Source: Calcarisporiella thermophila CBS 279.70 (taxonomy: Eukaryota; Fungi; Calcarisporiellomycota). Taken from it: a stretch of DNA of 64,000 bases. Positions 23,851 to 37,494 of this stretch are shown one piece after another; position 1 is the first letter of the stretch; every line of letters starts with the position of its first letter. The notes beneath the pieces are model-generated. The model did no database searches, was not told the origin of the DNA, and worked only from the letters and a program-made list of their open reading frames with translations. The stretch is taken from contig NW_027192195.1 of NCBI RefSeq assembly GCF_041956535.1, positions 782,403-846,402 of the forward strand, read 5' to 3'. Position numbers and translations under genes: made by a program.

Positions 23851-26800
23851 TCATTCCGGCCCTTCTTCCATGGTTTCCGTGGCGGGTGCTGCGGCTTCAG
23901 GCGAAAGGGCGACGGCCTCGCCAGGCGCGGCGACCTTTTGCCTTGCCCGCATCTCCCACGCGCTCACCGAGGGCATATCGGGGACCGTGCCCGGCACGGG
24001 CTTCCAGTTGGTGCGCTTGCCCACATCATACACGTCCTCGAGCACCTCCCCAAAGATCCCCGCCGCCCGGTAGTCCAGGTACTTCCGGTAGATAAGGAGC
24101 GCGGTCTTCGCGTCCTCGATACTGTCGTGCATATCCTGCTGGATGTCGGCGCCCAGGAGGCACCACGCGAGGAACCGAAGCGAGATCTTGCGCTGGCGAT
24201 TCGGAATCCGGTAGATGTCCACCGTGTCGATGATCTGCTCGGGCGGCACCAGGATATCTGGAGAAGAGATGTGGCTCGACGTTAGTATGCGCAGACATCG
24301 CCCCTCCCCTCAGTCAGCGAGACTTCACTTACTGATCGTTCGGAAATCCTTGTTGAGCCCATGGCCCACAAAGATGCATCCCAAGTCCACGAGCAGCCGA
24401 AGCTTCTTGTACGCAGCCTATTAACAAAGATCGCGTTAGCTTAGCCCCTACGCTTCCCTCGAAAAAGGAATCCTCTTCTCGGCCGACCTTGAGGGGAACC
24501 AATGTGTGCTTCGAACTCCCCGGATCCAAATCACCCACTAACCCAAAAAGAAAGAGGAAAATGCAACGCAGGGTAAGCAAAAGCAATTTTCGACGTCTCG
24601 AAAATTCTCCAGAGGAGCTCATGCTTACGCATAATGCCTGAAAATTCGGTCAGATAATCCACCACCGGCTCGGAGGCCGCGATGTAATCGTCGATGAACG
24701 GCAGCCCCTCTTTTTCGCCCTCTCCTCGCAATACACTCACCCGGGCGAGGGAGAATCGGCTGGGTCGCAAGACGGACTTGGTGCCATCGCTGCGAATCTC
24801 CGTCTCCTCCTGATTAAGGACGACAAACTCGGCATCAATGGCCACCAGCTTACCTCGCTCGGGGATCTCGTCGGCAGTCAGGAGCGTATGCGTGATGCCG
24901 GAGGCGTCACGGTTTCTATGTGGAGGGGGGGGGGGTAAACAAGAGGTGAGTGCGTATGGCACCCGGGTCAAATGGATAACACGACGTTACTTGGAAATGT
25001 TGATATCGGAGAGTAGAATCGAGGGATCAAGCGGTGCCTGTAACGACGACATATCCATAATGTCCGAGACGTCCACGCGAGTATAGAACAACACGGACGG
25101 AGTCTGCGCCAGAGGCAGAGGGTTATTCGTCGGATTCCAAGGTTGCTATGGAGTGCCAGGCTTACCTTCCATGCGCCCTTGAAGTTCACCGGCTCCATTT
25201 CGCTGACATTTTTCACCAAAAAGTCGTTGAACAAATACCAAGGGCTCTCGGAATCCGGTGTTAATTCAGAGTCTGGGACTGTTTGGAAAGAGAAAGTAAG
25301 GTGAGGACAGGTCAAGAGATGGGCGCAACCAAAGCCAAATAAGCAGCTGATGTTACCCTTGATCAACGACACCAAGTGGGGGATTTCCTTGCCGCCTTGA
25401 ATCTGAGCAACCACCCCCTACAGTCATGGGCAAAGTGAATATTGTGCATCCCCTCCATCCATTTGTCCTCCACCTTACCGTGAGTTCGTAGACGGCCTTC
25501 TCCTCCCCCTCGGCATCCCCAGTCTCCTCAGCTCGTTCCTCCACCACCAAAACCTCTTTTCTGCGTGCCAAGCATATCCGCTTGGGCAACCACGGGCGCG
25601 TTCGCTTCTCCCCGCCCTCCCCCTCGGGTAGTTCCCGCTCCCCGCGCCATATCTCTAACTGCTCTCGCGTGGTGGCGGCACAGTTGATTGGGAGCAAGGG
25701 AGGAAGGTTCTGCGTCCGCTTCTGGGCATTGGTGAGCTGATAGTTCTTACAGTTATTGCACCAGGCCTTCGTCTGCGTCTCGCGTTGCAGTGAAGACTGA
25801 AGTATCTCCGCGAAAGACCGAGCTGCAGATGGCTTGCCACCGGGTCCAGCAAAGGCTTTTGGTATGTTCGTGGGGTATACCAAATCTACCACAAAAGGCC
25901 AAGTCTCCCTTGACATCTCGTGCCCACATTGCAAACACCGGCTCCATGTTCGTATTTTCGGGCCGAAGAGCTGCTGAATCGGAGAGAGCCCCGCGACGTC
26001 GCCTGCGCACGTGACAATTTCTGGGGAAGGTGGCAGGTTGAGCTCCTGGTGCATGCGCTCGAGAAGAAAGCGGTTAAAGTTTTGGATGAGTAGCCCATAA
26101 GGAGTGGCAATATCGGGTTCTTCGGGCTCAAAGAGACCCAGGGCGGATGCTTGCGGGATCGTGCTGAAGGCACGAAGGAAATTGGTCGCTTGGCAGTTCT
26201 GCCCTCTAGAATCCTCTAGCATGCCTGTAATGAAAAGTATTGTTAAGGACAGACCTAGGAGCACTTCATCCTAATGCACCCAAAGAGCATTGATAAAAAG
26301 GATACGGAACAAAAATCCTAATTCGCAAGTCAGGCAATTTTCCTTAGGGCACGGAGTGGCAATGTGCCATTTGGTGACCTCCCGTAATGCAGGAGTAAAG
26401 AAGAGCAATTGAAGCAATCCATTGCAATAGGAATTCGCAATGTGGGTCTCGAGTCCGCCATAGGCGGTCTTGTTATAAAAGCTAGCAGAAGATACGTTAA
26501 GCCTGATAAAAGAGTGCCTATTTCAATTTAAAAAACTGTGCATATACCCAAAATCAAAATCTTCGATTCCAAATCGACTGTATTTTATCTCCACTCGGCG
26601 ATAGTACTTTGGCATCGTCAATCCAGAAACATCGGTTGGTCCCGCCACTTCATCAAAGAATAATGGCTATTCAAATCGTGGAAAGTATGAGTAGCTGACT
26701 CATGGCGCCGTGGGGCGGGACGCAAAAACTTACATCTGCAGATGCTCCCGAGTTCCCAAAGTAGAGCTCCTTAGCTTGCTCTGATCTGAACTTGGGTACT

Positions 26801-28474
26801 TCCATCCGTGACTGGGAGGCGTTGGATTTGGTTGGCACCTGGTTGCGCCGATGAGTACCTGGGTTGGGTGCATATCCAACGAAGTCGATCGTCTTCATGT
26901 GGGCAAGCACTTGAGAGTCGATTTCTGGCGCAGCTTTGCCAACCTCAAATGTGATGTTAGGCGGGAAAGTGGATAAGAGGGGATCGCGATAATAGGGAAG
27001 GCCTATCAATGAGAAAGGGCTTTATGGTGAAAGTGGTTAGTGTAAACCTTCTAATTGGGGCCAATCATAAACATGGTCCAAGTGTACCTGTCTTCACCAA
27101 CGTGGGTATTTGGGCGGGGCGGTACAGGCTCTGGTAATTCTAGCGGGCTCGAAAAGTTATTTGGTTTTGCGTCGTCGCTTACTTTCCACAAATGCACAAA
27201 ACTCCCTGCATCTCCAAACGTAAGAAGCTCGCCAGAGCTTGATATGTCCATGGCGGTTATATAACTTGTGGTAGGTAGCTAAAAGACCGGGGCAGTATAC
27301 AAAAGTTTATAAGGATTGGTCTTAGTTTCAATAAAGTTGGCCCCCGCATTACCTGATAAAATTTCAAGCTAGCTGAAGGATTGCCTACATCGCACATTTG
27401 AAACTGCCCTGTTTGGCTTACAATGAACACAGTAGCTGATAATCTTGGGTGCATGGCGAGAAAGCAGGGCCCACTGGGGAAGGGGAGAGGCGCGAGAGTA
27501 CGCATAGTTCTGAGGTCGTATATTTTTACTAGAGGATCAATAATTAGCGTGTCTTGTCTAATAAAAGTCGAAATCGATAGGTTAAGTTGTGCGTGAAAAA
27601 AAAGATTCTAGTTGAATAGTCACCTATGAGAGAATCCACATGTTAATAGATAATTCCCCATCACTCCCAAATCCGATAATGCTCCAGTGTGAGCCTGTAC
27701 ACGATGTTCGATCTTGAGTGAACGAGGATCCCGGAGTATGACATTACCCGTTGCGGAGCCGCAGCACAACAATCGCGATTGACGCATTACCACCAGTGGG
27801 TCACCACTATCTATCTAGAAACAGTAGAATTATCCCAAGTTGAGAATGTACTATGCATACTCTTTCCACAATACGAATATCTACAAACCTTTTTGGTGAC
27901 TATTCCACGATGTAAGTTCACTGTTAGCATATGATCCTGTTGCCCGCCCACAATTATTTCCGAATTTGTATGCGATGACTGAGTAAAACAATGCAAATCC
28001 TTGGTGTCGTCACTACTGTTAATGCGATTCATGAAAATCAGAATACAATATGAGTTTACGGCCAATTTAGACGCTTAGTACATTAGAAAATAAAGAGTGC
28101 ATTTCACACTGACCTTAAGGCCCATTTCACTATCCCGCGCCGGTGCGTTAGCCGCACCCTTTTTGGACTTAGAGAAATTAATCCACGGTCAATGACACAA
28201 AGTTGACGGACCTGCTCATCGTGTCCTTTGAAGTTTGTGTATTTTTGTAAATTGGTTCCATAATAAGATCCAATATGTCCCTAAAGTTCATTCGATCCAT
28301 TTCACTATTGAGCAATCCAGCAGTTGTATCAAATGGTGTGAACCACTTCTATACCTGATCGTTGCCAGTCCACACTAGCTCTTGGTATGGATCGAATGCG
28401 ATGGCCGAGATGGGAGATAAAGGCAGATTCTGATCGTTACAAACTTGCGCAGACTTTGTCCATTGTACGTCCAT
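23851..28474 (-). CDS. PAN2: PAN2 deadenylase subunit (WD40, pseudo-UCH and DEDD exonuclease domains), multi-exon
   Basis: N-terminal [60 protein letters not shown] and [11 protein letters not shown]. Confidence 0.97.
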
Positions 28475-29122
28475 GTCCACAGTAGAGAGCACAAATTCGA
28501 ACGCGTTCAAACTGTTAGCTCCACATATTCATTTTATGCAGTACTCTCAAGGTAAGTGTCGCAGCAAAATTTCAGAATTGTATCAACCATAGCGGTTTAT
28601 TCTTATATTTTATAGGGCTCCATTTTCTCGCGTGGAATTTTCAAATATAATTTTAAAGGGATGAATTTAGAAATTTCCCAGTTTTATGATAGTATAATTG
28701 CCAGTCTATTTAGGCATTATACCATAGGAAAATGGTATTTATCTTCCCACCGTTTCCCGTAACCAACAGTTCATGGGAAGGAACTGCGTACTGAATAGGA
28801 GGGTTGAAGAACATCGCGACAAACTTTATAATAAAATGCATAAAATAACAAAAACTAGACACTCCACTTTATTGAGTCCACTTTATCCTGAGAAACAAGA
28901 AACAAGAGACGAAGAATAAGTATTAAGCAAGAGAGTAAGAAGAGAGAGTTTAAGGAAAACCAAAATCACTGGCGAGCTTTTATAAATAGTATAGAATGAA
29001 AGTAAATAGATGACGTTATTGACTTACGTCACAAAGAGTCCTAAAACGCGAAAGTCTTTCCCCTGCGTTCAGAGATTTCAAATTCTCTGATAAAAAAATC
29101 ATAAGAAAATAAGATAATAACC

Positions 29123-31589
29123 ATGAATCCGGAGCCTATGGAAGCTGATGAGCAGCTTTACCCGATTGCTGTGCTGATTGATGAGCTCAAACATGAAGAC
29201 ATCTCCCTTCGCTTGAACGCTATCAGACGGCTTTCAACCATTGCATGTGCACTAGGAGTCCAGCGAACACGCGAAGAGCTCATCCCTTTCCTAGACGGTG
29301 AGTGACGATACACTTCCCTTCTCTAAAATTATCCATTTTGCTACAGGATGTGCTGATTATTTACTTGCGGTTTTAACTACTTATTATGAACCAGATTCCC
29401 TTGATGATGAGGATGAAGTTCTTGTTGTGCTCGCAGAAGAATTGGGCAATTTCGTGGATTATATTGGTGGTCCCGAGCACGCATATACTCTATTGGGTTT
29501 GCTAGAAAGTTTGGCTGCTGTAGAAGAAACTGTTGTTAGAACAAAAGTAATGTTTTTATTTGTGATTGATTACAAGTGCAGTCATCCTTAACGATCATCT
29601 CTTTTCATTTTCCGAGTAGGCTGTAGAATCTTTGACAAAAGTGTGTGCAATTCTGCCGCCGCAACATCTCCAGGAATATTTCTTCCCATTGTTAAAACGT
29701 CTTACAGTTGGCGATTGGTTCACGAGTCGCACTAGCGCCACTGGTCTTTATGCCGCTGGTTATGAGAAAGCCACCCCAGAGATACAAGAGGAGCTTAGAA
29801 AGTGAGCTGGACTTATGAGAAAACAACACCCACATTGCAATTAATTCGCCCTCTATTTTAGGCTATTTTCTTCTCTTTGCCACGACAGTACACCTATGGT
29901 TCGAAGAGCTGCTGCAACTAACCTCCAGGTATTATACACTGAATCTTTTTTGGAAGCTTCGATCTGGCTAATAGTCCGAGTTTGTCCTAGCATTTTGCCG
30001 TAAAGCTTACAAAATCGGATGTGACAAGTGACATTATTCCTCTTTTTAATCATCTCGCCTCTGACGATCAAGACTCGGTTCGGTTATTAACAGTGGAGGA
30101 TTTCGTCGCGATTGCACACTTGTTGACCGTAGATGAAATCAAGTCTTATCTTCTTCAGACACTTCGATCGTTGATTTCAGATAAATCCTGGCGTGTTAGA
30201 TACATGATTGCTGACAAGTTTGTGGATGTAAGTTTGAACTTAAAAAACGTCTACAAATAACATTGGCTAAGTATATTTTTCCCCATTAGATCGCAAATGT
30301 CGTGGGTCCTGATGTGATTCGGGAGGATCTTGTTACTGCATTTGTACATCTGATAAAAGATAACGAGGGAGAAGTAAGAACAGCTGCTGCGGGTCAAATA
30401 CCCGGTAAGTATTTTCGACCATTTTGCTAGTGAAGAATCCTCCACTAATGTTCATACACCCCTAGGCTTCTGCAAATTGATCAATCAGCCGACTATTCTA
30501 GACCAAATCATGCCGTGCGTCAAAGAACTGGTCACAGATGCATCTCAACAGGTGCGCGCTGCGTTGGCAACGCAGATTAGTGGACTCGCACCAATTCTCG
30601 GAAAAGAAGCGTACCTATTCAAACTTGAACTTTCTCGCTTGACCGCTTATTAATTTTCTCGACGCATGTAGGACTATCGAACATCTTCTACCATTGTTCC
30701 TCCAATTACTGAAAGACGAGTTCCCTGACGTTCGTTTAAATATCATTTCCAAATTAGAACAAGTAAACGAAGGTAAGTTGTGCTCCATACTCTCTTGATT
30801 GTAGCAGAATCTAATTGATTGTACTCCCACCCCTTAGTCATTGGCATTGAATTACTTTCTCAATCTCTACTCCCTGCTATTGTTGAGCTTGCTGAAGACA
30901 AACAATGGCGAGTGCGCCTTGCTATTATTGAATATATCCCACTTCTTGCGAGTCAACTCGGCGTGCAGTTCTTCGACGAAAAGTTGGGTACGCTTTGCAT
31001 GTCATGGCTTGGTGACCACGTGTTCTCCATCCGAGAGGCTGCCACAAACAACCTCCGGAAACTGACGGAAGTGTTTGGTGTCGAGTGGGCGAAGGTGACC
31101 ATTCTGCCTAAAGTTCTTGCAATGAGCAACCATGAAAATTACTTATACCGGATGACTATGATATTTGCTCTAACGGTATTGTCTCACTTTTATACTCACA
31201 TAATATGACACTGGGATTCATGTGAACTTCATTTTATAGACGATGGCAGAAGCGGTTACTCCTGACGTCCTCACCGACTACATACTCCCGACAGTTAGCG
31301 GGCTTGCGAACGACCCTATTCCCAACATTCGGTTCAACGTTGCAAAATCACTTGAGACCATGATTCCAATGCTACGAAAATCGCACGATCTGAGCGCCTT
31401 GATTGAAAATGACGTGAAACAAACCCTGCAGAAGTTAAGTGAGGATACAGACAATGATGTGAGATTCTTTGCACAGAGAGCACTTGAAAATGGTAAGTCA
31501 AAGACACCCTTTTGTTCTTGGCATGATATTTGCTAACAGGCGTTTCTTGTTTCAACCCTAATTGAACTACCTTCGATTCAGCTCAATAA
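29123..31589 (+). CDS. TPD3: Protein phosphatase 2A scaffold (A/PR65) subunit, HEAT repeats, multi-exon
   Basis: [65 protein letters not shown] and [12 protein letters not shown]. Tiny last exon 31582-31589. Confidence 0.97.
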
Positions 31590-32012
31590 ATAAGTAAGTC
31601 CAATAGCCACCATATGGATTATGGCGCCTTTTCATAATCTCGTCTACAACCTCAATAGATAAATCATGTGCCTTTGCCTATTTTTCTTTTCGCTCAAGAG
31701 GGAATATTGCAATTGTTTTTTTTTTTTTCTATTCTTCATAAAGAGCATACATTCTTAGTTAGACTATTTGGATTTTGTCTTTTTTTTCTTTTCCTAAAGA
31801 AAAAAAAAAATTATATGATTGAAAAAGTGTGGGAGTGGAGAATTAACAAACAAGTGTGAAACCTACGAAGAGAGGGTGAGAAAAGTAGTCAATCAGCATA
31901 ACTCCACAATTGGGCAAAAATCTTGCGGAGCTTCTTTTTTTTTGCATTCAGTTCCCATTCTATTTTGTTCTCCATTATATCGATACAAAACGCTATTCAA
32001 CACACCGTAATA

Positions 32013-33327
32013 ATGCCAAGGCCTTTCCAAGGAGAACAAGCCAATGCAGCTTATATGATCCCCAACCCTTTATATCCGCAAGACTCGCGAGAGGCAATTG
32101 AATTTTTATCCAATGACACGCTAATTGGCATCTGGCCAGACCTCTCACCCACGCTGTCCGAAAGACTCGAGCGCGTAGTTCACACATTCACCCCACGCCA
32201 GTTACGCGAGCGGATTCTAGGCTTCTTCAGGTGGGCATATACTCATCGGATGGAGAACCAAAACTTATTAGAGGTGTTGATGGAAGGCCTTGAGCGGATA
32301 GAGCATGAAGAAAGAGAAAATTCGTTGACAAGAGAGCAAAGGAGTGAAGGCTTGCCGACCGAACTGGAATGCGGAGGTCTACTCCGCAATGCGAGCCCAA
32401 ATTCTCTCAATGAAGATGGAATCGCACAAGCGTACCCTTCACCAAACTGTAATGATTCAACCAATCTCTGCAATGCCCCCGACTCATTAAATTCCTCCAA
32501 TGCTGTAGTCCTTGAACAGAGTGTAGGAGGACATTCTACACAAGGTCTTTCACTCTCATTTCTCAGAGTGGGTCAATCATTTTCAGGCATGCAAAGTCGC
32601 CTGGAAGATGGTTTTCAAAAGTCTACAGAGGTGGAGTGGAGAACACGAGCAACGATTATTTCAGTGGATTCTTCAAGTGGGCATATCAGTGGAATCATGG
32701 AAATGTCCAATGTTCCTAATGTTCAAGGAACCATCGTAACACACTGGGAGGGCGAAGTATTTATGCGCAATATTTCTATAAGAATGATATATCAACCTCA
32801 TTTGACCCGTTGTTAGGTGATCGACTTCTCCCGCGGTTCGCTGCTAACACAGAATTGGGGAGCGAGCCTTGACACGGATCTGATATACTGGCGGCGTCTC
32901 ATGCCATTCAAAAATATGGATAAGCGAGATTTCGCAAGATGTGTTTCCGATCCCACCGTATCTCAGAAAATGTCTAAAGACTACGTCTTAATGCGGTGGA
33001 AAGGTGCATTAGATTCTTGTATATGTTTTTTAACTGGGCCATAAACTGACACCACATATACTCAGAAAACTTCTTTGAGAGTGAAGATATGACTCACTCC
33101 AACTTGCTGACTATTTCAGGATTTTACTACATATCAATGCGAAGAGAGGATGGGTGTGTTGAGGGTAAATTCAGTATTATCCCATTAAAGAATGCACTCG
33201 ATTTCTCACAAGCATCCTGACACTAGGATATTATTGGGATCCCAACTCAAGCCCATACGAGTACCTGACGCTTGTTCCCGAGTATCAAGGTGAAGGAATT
33301 TCTTTTCCAACATTTTCATTCACCTAA
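32013..33327 (+). CDS. GID4: GID/CTLH E3 substrate receptor Gid4/Vid24 family, 4 exons
   Basis: SFLRVGQSFSGMQ, THWEGE|VIDF, MRWKE, LTISGFYYISM and YYWDPNSSPYEYLTL. Confidence 0.88.
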
Positions 33328-34557
33328 ATAGCTAGGATGGCTGCAACCAGCCCCCGTCTTTAACGAACAAATTCCTTGTGTATTTAATTGACACTAGCCA
33401 GTTTCAATGCACACTTATTTTTCAAAACACTTTTCTTGTACAACTTCAGCCAGCATTTTAGATAAAACTCCTTTAAAGATATCTTGGGAAAATAGGCTTG
33501 GTCCGTTTGGTGCTCGAGCAGGGAAATCCAAAACAAAATAAAGGGAAATAACTCAATGGAGGCCAGGAAAGCTTGTGGATGTAGCAGCCAATACTTCTTG
33601 CAAATTAGAGTGGGGCTTATGAATAAAAGCAATTTACACCACTTTCTTACCTTGGTGCGCCTCTTAATTAGTTAATATCCACGTCATCATTGATATTTCT
33701 CCAAACAGCACGATCGCGTGCTAAATAATGTCCCCCTGAACGAGGCTGAACTCTGCCTCGCCAGCATTGATACCACGACTGCACCCAAAATAGTAGGCAA
33801 CAAATGATGCGAGCCTGTATTTTGGGCCAATCCTTAATAGTGGGCTGCAGAACGGGAACAGTAATTCATTTTCTTGATTAAAATTTAATAGGACAATAAA
33901 TTAGGTAGAAATCTTTTATTGTTTATTACCTATATCATTTATTTTCTTGTTGGAGTCCACTTATATTACAAATGCTGCTTTCTTTCCATCAAGCGGTGGG
34001 CAGAAAACGTAACAAAACAAGACATTAAATAGCATTTCACGTTTGTTAAGTCATGATAAAACATCCATTTAATAGATGTTTTCAGTTGTGAAATCGAAAA
34101 CCTTCCTCAATGCCCTAATAAAAGCATGAGCCAATTGAAATGCAGTCTATTTATTTTCTTTTATTTTAGGAAAAGAAGGTGCAAAAAAAGGATCTTTTCT
34201 TCTTTCATTCTTTTCTCCCAAAATTCCTCACTCACCCATCATTCTTTCCTTTCGTTTTTGTGATTGTTCTATTTAAGTGAGTGACGGGGACATTTTAAAA
34301 AAAGAATTCGTCCGCGTGATTGAGAGACAAAAATAGCAACGAAAAGGTGCGAATTCGACACTTGAGAGTTTCATCAGGTGCAAAGGGCAATATCATTTTC
34401 CAAACTACCACTTTTACCCCTACTGCAAATTTTTTGTATTCGGACCAAATCTCTTTAGTTGTCATTAGTTAGCATTTTTTTTCCCATCATTCCCCCCCCC
34501 TTTTTTTTCATCACGATTATTTATTTGATATTTTATTTTGATTTGCGGTGAAGCACC

Positions 34558-36909
34558 ATGGCTGCTGTCAAGCGCTCGTACCCGTTCACATTTTCATCCT
34601 CCCATCATCTACAGGCGCCATCTCATACATCGGTTTCCAGCTCATTTTCTCGTCGAGAAGATATTTCCTCAGCCCCAGAATTATCCTCTAATGGCCTAAT
34701 CGGAAATCCCGAACATCAAGGATCTGAAATCAATTCTGAAGTGGGCGAAAAAGCGGCAGCTGACGGGGAAGAGATGCGGAAAAATCGGCGCATGTCAGCA
34801 TGTATTACCCTCACTCCACCGTCAAGTAATTCTCATGATGGCATTGGTGAAAATGGGGTTGGAGCGGTAGGAGGTAAAAAGAGGAATGCAAAGAATTTGC
34901 ATTTGGTCGTGCCGGCCGCGGCCAGTTTTTTATCAACTTCTGCCCCATCGAGCCCATTATTATCCTTAGCCTCTCCCGGTGTGTCACGGCGAAGCTCCAC
35001 ACCTGGATGTAGATACGAAGAGACAAAAGAGGGTGCGTTAGAGGCGCCAGAAACCAAAATTTCTGCTCGCGACAATAATGAGTTCGGCCCTTCAGCAACG
35101 GCAAGTCTGTCGATGCTTTTGAACAACGAGAGCAACCCCACTAGCGATGAAGCAGCCTATCGGCAAGGGCCTATCGAGATTTTACCTCGTTTATTCTTGG
35201 GCAACGAGCACAATGCTGCAGACGAAGAGATGCTTCGTCGTTTGGGAATCGAATATGTTATGAACGTGGCGAAAGAGGTGGAGAACCCGTACGAACAGTA
35301 TCCGCAAGATTCGAAAGGCTGCTCTTGGTCCAACTCTTCAAATTCTACGTCACCTGCCATGCCATTCAGCCCTTTCACCGCCACTTTTAAGTCTAGCCTC
35401 TCGCTCTCACCCACACAAGAAACTCATCTCCATGAGCATTCCCTATCCTCATCCCACGTCTCACTCCGCTTCCCCGTGAAATATAAGAAAATTGCCTGGA
35501 CTCACAACCAGCAAAATCTTTGTGCAGACTTTCCCGCCGCGTTCGCGTTTGTGGATGAGGCGCGCAAACACCGTCAATGTGGAATTCTTGTACATTGCCA
35601 GTGTGGTGTAGCTAGGTCCGCATCGTTGGTGATCGCGTACGTGATGCACTCAGAACGCCTGTCGCTAAACGAAGCATATGCATTTGTCAAGCGGAGATCG
35701 TTGTGGATCAGCCCGAATATGAGTTTGGTATATCAGCTTTTAGACTACGAGAAAAAAATCCATCCAAGTTCAATATCCAGGGACGGCAGGTCAAAAAATC
35801 TTACAAATGGAACTGCAGCACTGCAGAGGAAAGCAAGCTTGGGAAGTGCGACTGGTTATGCCAGTGGAACTAGCACGAGTGATCGGAGAGCAAGCAGCCC
35901 TGCAGCTGCAGAGATGCCTACAAGACCGGTGAGCTACTGTTTTGGCGATACTGTCACATCGGAAGCACTACGGGAAGGCCTTAGGAATGGAATAGGTGCC
36001 TTAACAGTCGCTCTTCCTGCACCCCCACCCTCTTCTGTTCCTCCTCTGTTATCCCTCAGACCTTATACTCCACCGTTCACCATTGCATCTGAGTCAATCT
36101 CTTCTCAGGCTAGTTTTCCAAGAAAGAAAAATCAACCAACAGGCAGAGCTGCGCTGTCAAGAGAAGACGGTATGCCTATAGCATCTCCGAAACCCACTTC
36201 CGAGCGTCGACATATCGTTCGTGATCGACGCGCCAACTCTAAGGTGTTCTCTAGCGCTCTACCATCCCTTCCTTCTGACAACAATAAAAGCAAGGACCAT
36301 ATTTTTTGGGGGAAGGCGTCCGGCACTACCTCACACCTAGCGACTGCGTCGGTTATCCTTGGTTTTGCAAGTGCAATGGGTGTGACGCCACCACCAATCG
36401 TGCTCTCACCCGCCTCTAAAATGGAGAATCCAGGCTATGTTTCGCGGCGTCGACAGCAATCCTCAACGTCTAACTCATCCTCACTCTCCTCTGATTCCTC
36501 TTCGTCAAAAGAAAGATCAAAATCAGCAATTCCCAAACGGCCCTCCTTTACTCGTCTTTTCCCAAAGAGTGCTAGCAATTTATTTTGCGGACTAAATGCC
36601 TCTGAAAGGGTGTCTGCTTTTGTGAGAGGACGCTCGAAATCAGCAAGCTCATCGAGTATGCTTACCAGCAGCTCGGAAGGCTCGTTATCTACCCCGGTTC
36701 AGTCTTCTCCCTCTGGAAAGATGCCGAGCGGCAGCGATTTCGGGAACAACAACGAAAAATCGCATTCGGAGAGAAAATTGGTACCGCCGTTGCATCAAAA
36801 AGAGGAATTTATAAACATAAGGAATAACAATATTTTCTCACCAACACGTGCAGCGCATGCGGCTAGCGTATCAAGCTTTGGGGAAATACTTGGAGGACTG
36901 GGGCATTAG
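34558..36909 (+). CDS. Dual-specificity (MAP kinase) protein phosphatase, Msg5/Pmp1-like, intronless
   Basis: GPIEILPRLFLG, catalytic VHCQCGVARSASLVIAYVM, SPNMSL. KKRNAKNLHL is a MAPK docking-like motif. Confidence 0.92.
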   Translation: MAAVKRSYPFTFSSSHHLQAPSHTSVSSSFSRREDISSAPELSSNGLIGNPEHQGSEINSEVGEKAAADGEEMRKNRRMSACITLTPPSSNSHDGIGENGVGAVGGKKRNAKNLHLVVPAAASFLSTSAPSSPLLSLASPGVSRRSSTPGCRYEETKEGALEAPETKISARDNNEFGPSATASLSMLLNNESNPTSDEAAYRQGPIEILPRLFLGNEHNAADEEMLRRLGIEYVMNVAKEVENPYEQYPQDSKGCSWSNSSNSTSPAMPFSPFTATFKSSLSLSPTQETHLHEHSLSSSHVSLRFPVKYKKIAWTHNQQNLCADFPAAFAFVDEARKHRQCGILVHCQCGVARSASLVIAYVMHSERLSLNEAYAFVKRRSLWISPNMSLVYQLLDYEKKIHPSSISRDGRSKNLTNGTAALQRKASLGSATGYASGTSTSDRRASSPAAAEMPTRPVSYCFGDTVTSEALREGLRNGIGALTVALPAPPPSSVPPLLSLRPYTPPFTIASESISSQASFPRKKNQPTGRAALSREDGMPIASPKPTSERRHIVRDRRANSKVFSSALPSLPSDNNKSKDHIFWGKASGTTSHLATASVILGFASAMGVTPPPIVLSPASKMENPGYVSRRRQQSSTSNSSSLSSDSSSSKERSKSAIPKRPSFTRLFPKSASNLFCGLNASERVSAFVRGRSKSASSSSMLTSSSEGSLSTPVQSSPSGKMPSGSDFGNNNEKSHSERKLVPPLHQKEEFINIRNNNIFSPTRAAHAASVSSFGEILGGLGH

Positions 36910-37494
36910 ATATATAAGAATATTTCGTATTTTTTTTTTTTTTTTACTTTTTTGATTCTTTTTCACTTTTTCTCGCTCTTATTTCTCTTGATTCCCTGTT
37001 TGGATGTATAACATATTCTTCTGAAAGCTTTTATATTTCATTTCCTTTCATCCTTTGCTCATTGTTTCCATTGTAGATATTTGAGAATATTTTTATCTCG
37101 TCATTTTTAAGCTCTAAAAAAAATATTTTCTCATTTTGTTGTTTTCTCATGGGAATATTATATACATTTCAGGAAAATAATATGTTTATTTTAACCTCTT
37201 ATGTTATCCTCAAACTGGAAAAGGATCAGGCACTATGATTCATACCGATAAACCTCTTTCCAAAACCAAGTGGATCTTAAGAATCGAGTCCCTTTATAGA
37301 AAATAAACAGCAAACTTCGACATTAGAGTAAAACAATACTGATATTCAAATAGTACAAGAATAGAATGAAGTTTTCGAAAAATACAACATAGAAAGCAAA
37401 TGACCCCTGTTTCTTTTTCGAAAGATTAAATTAGCAATCCATAAAATTTGAAATAATAAAACCTAGAGAAGCTCGATAAAAGATTAAGCGATGA

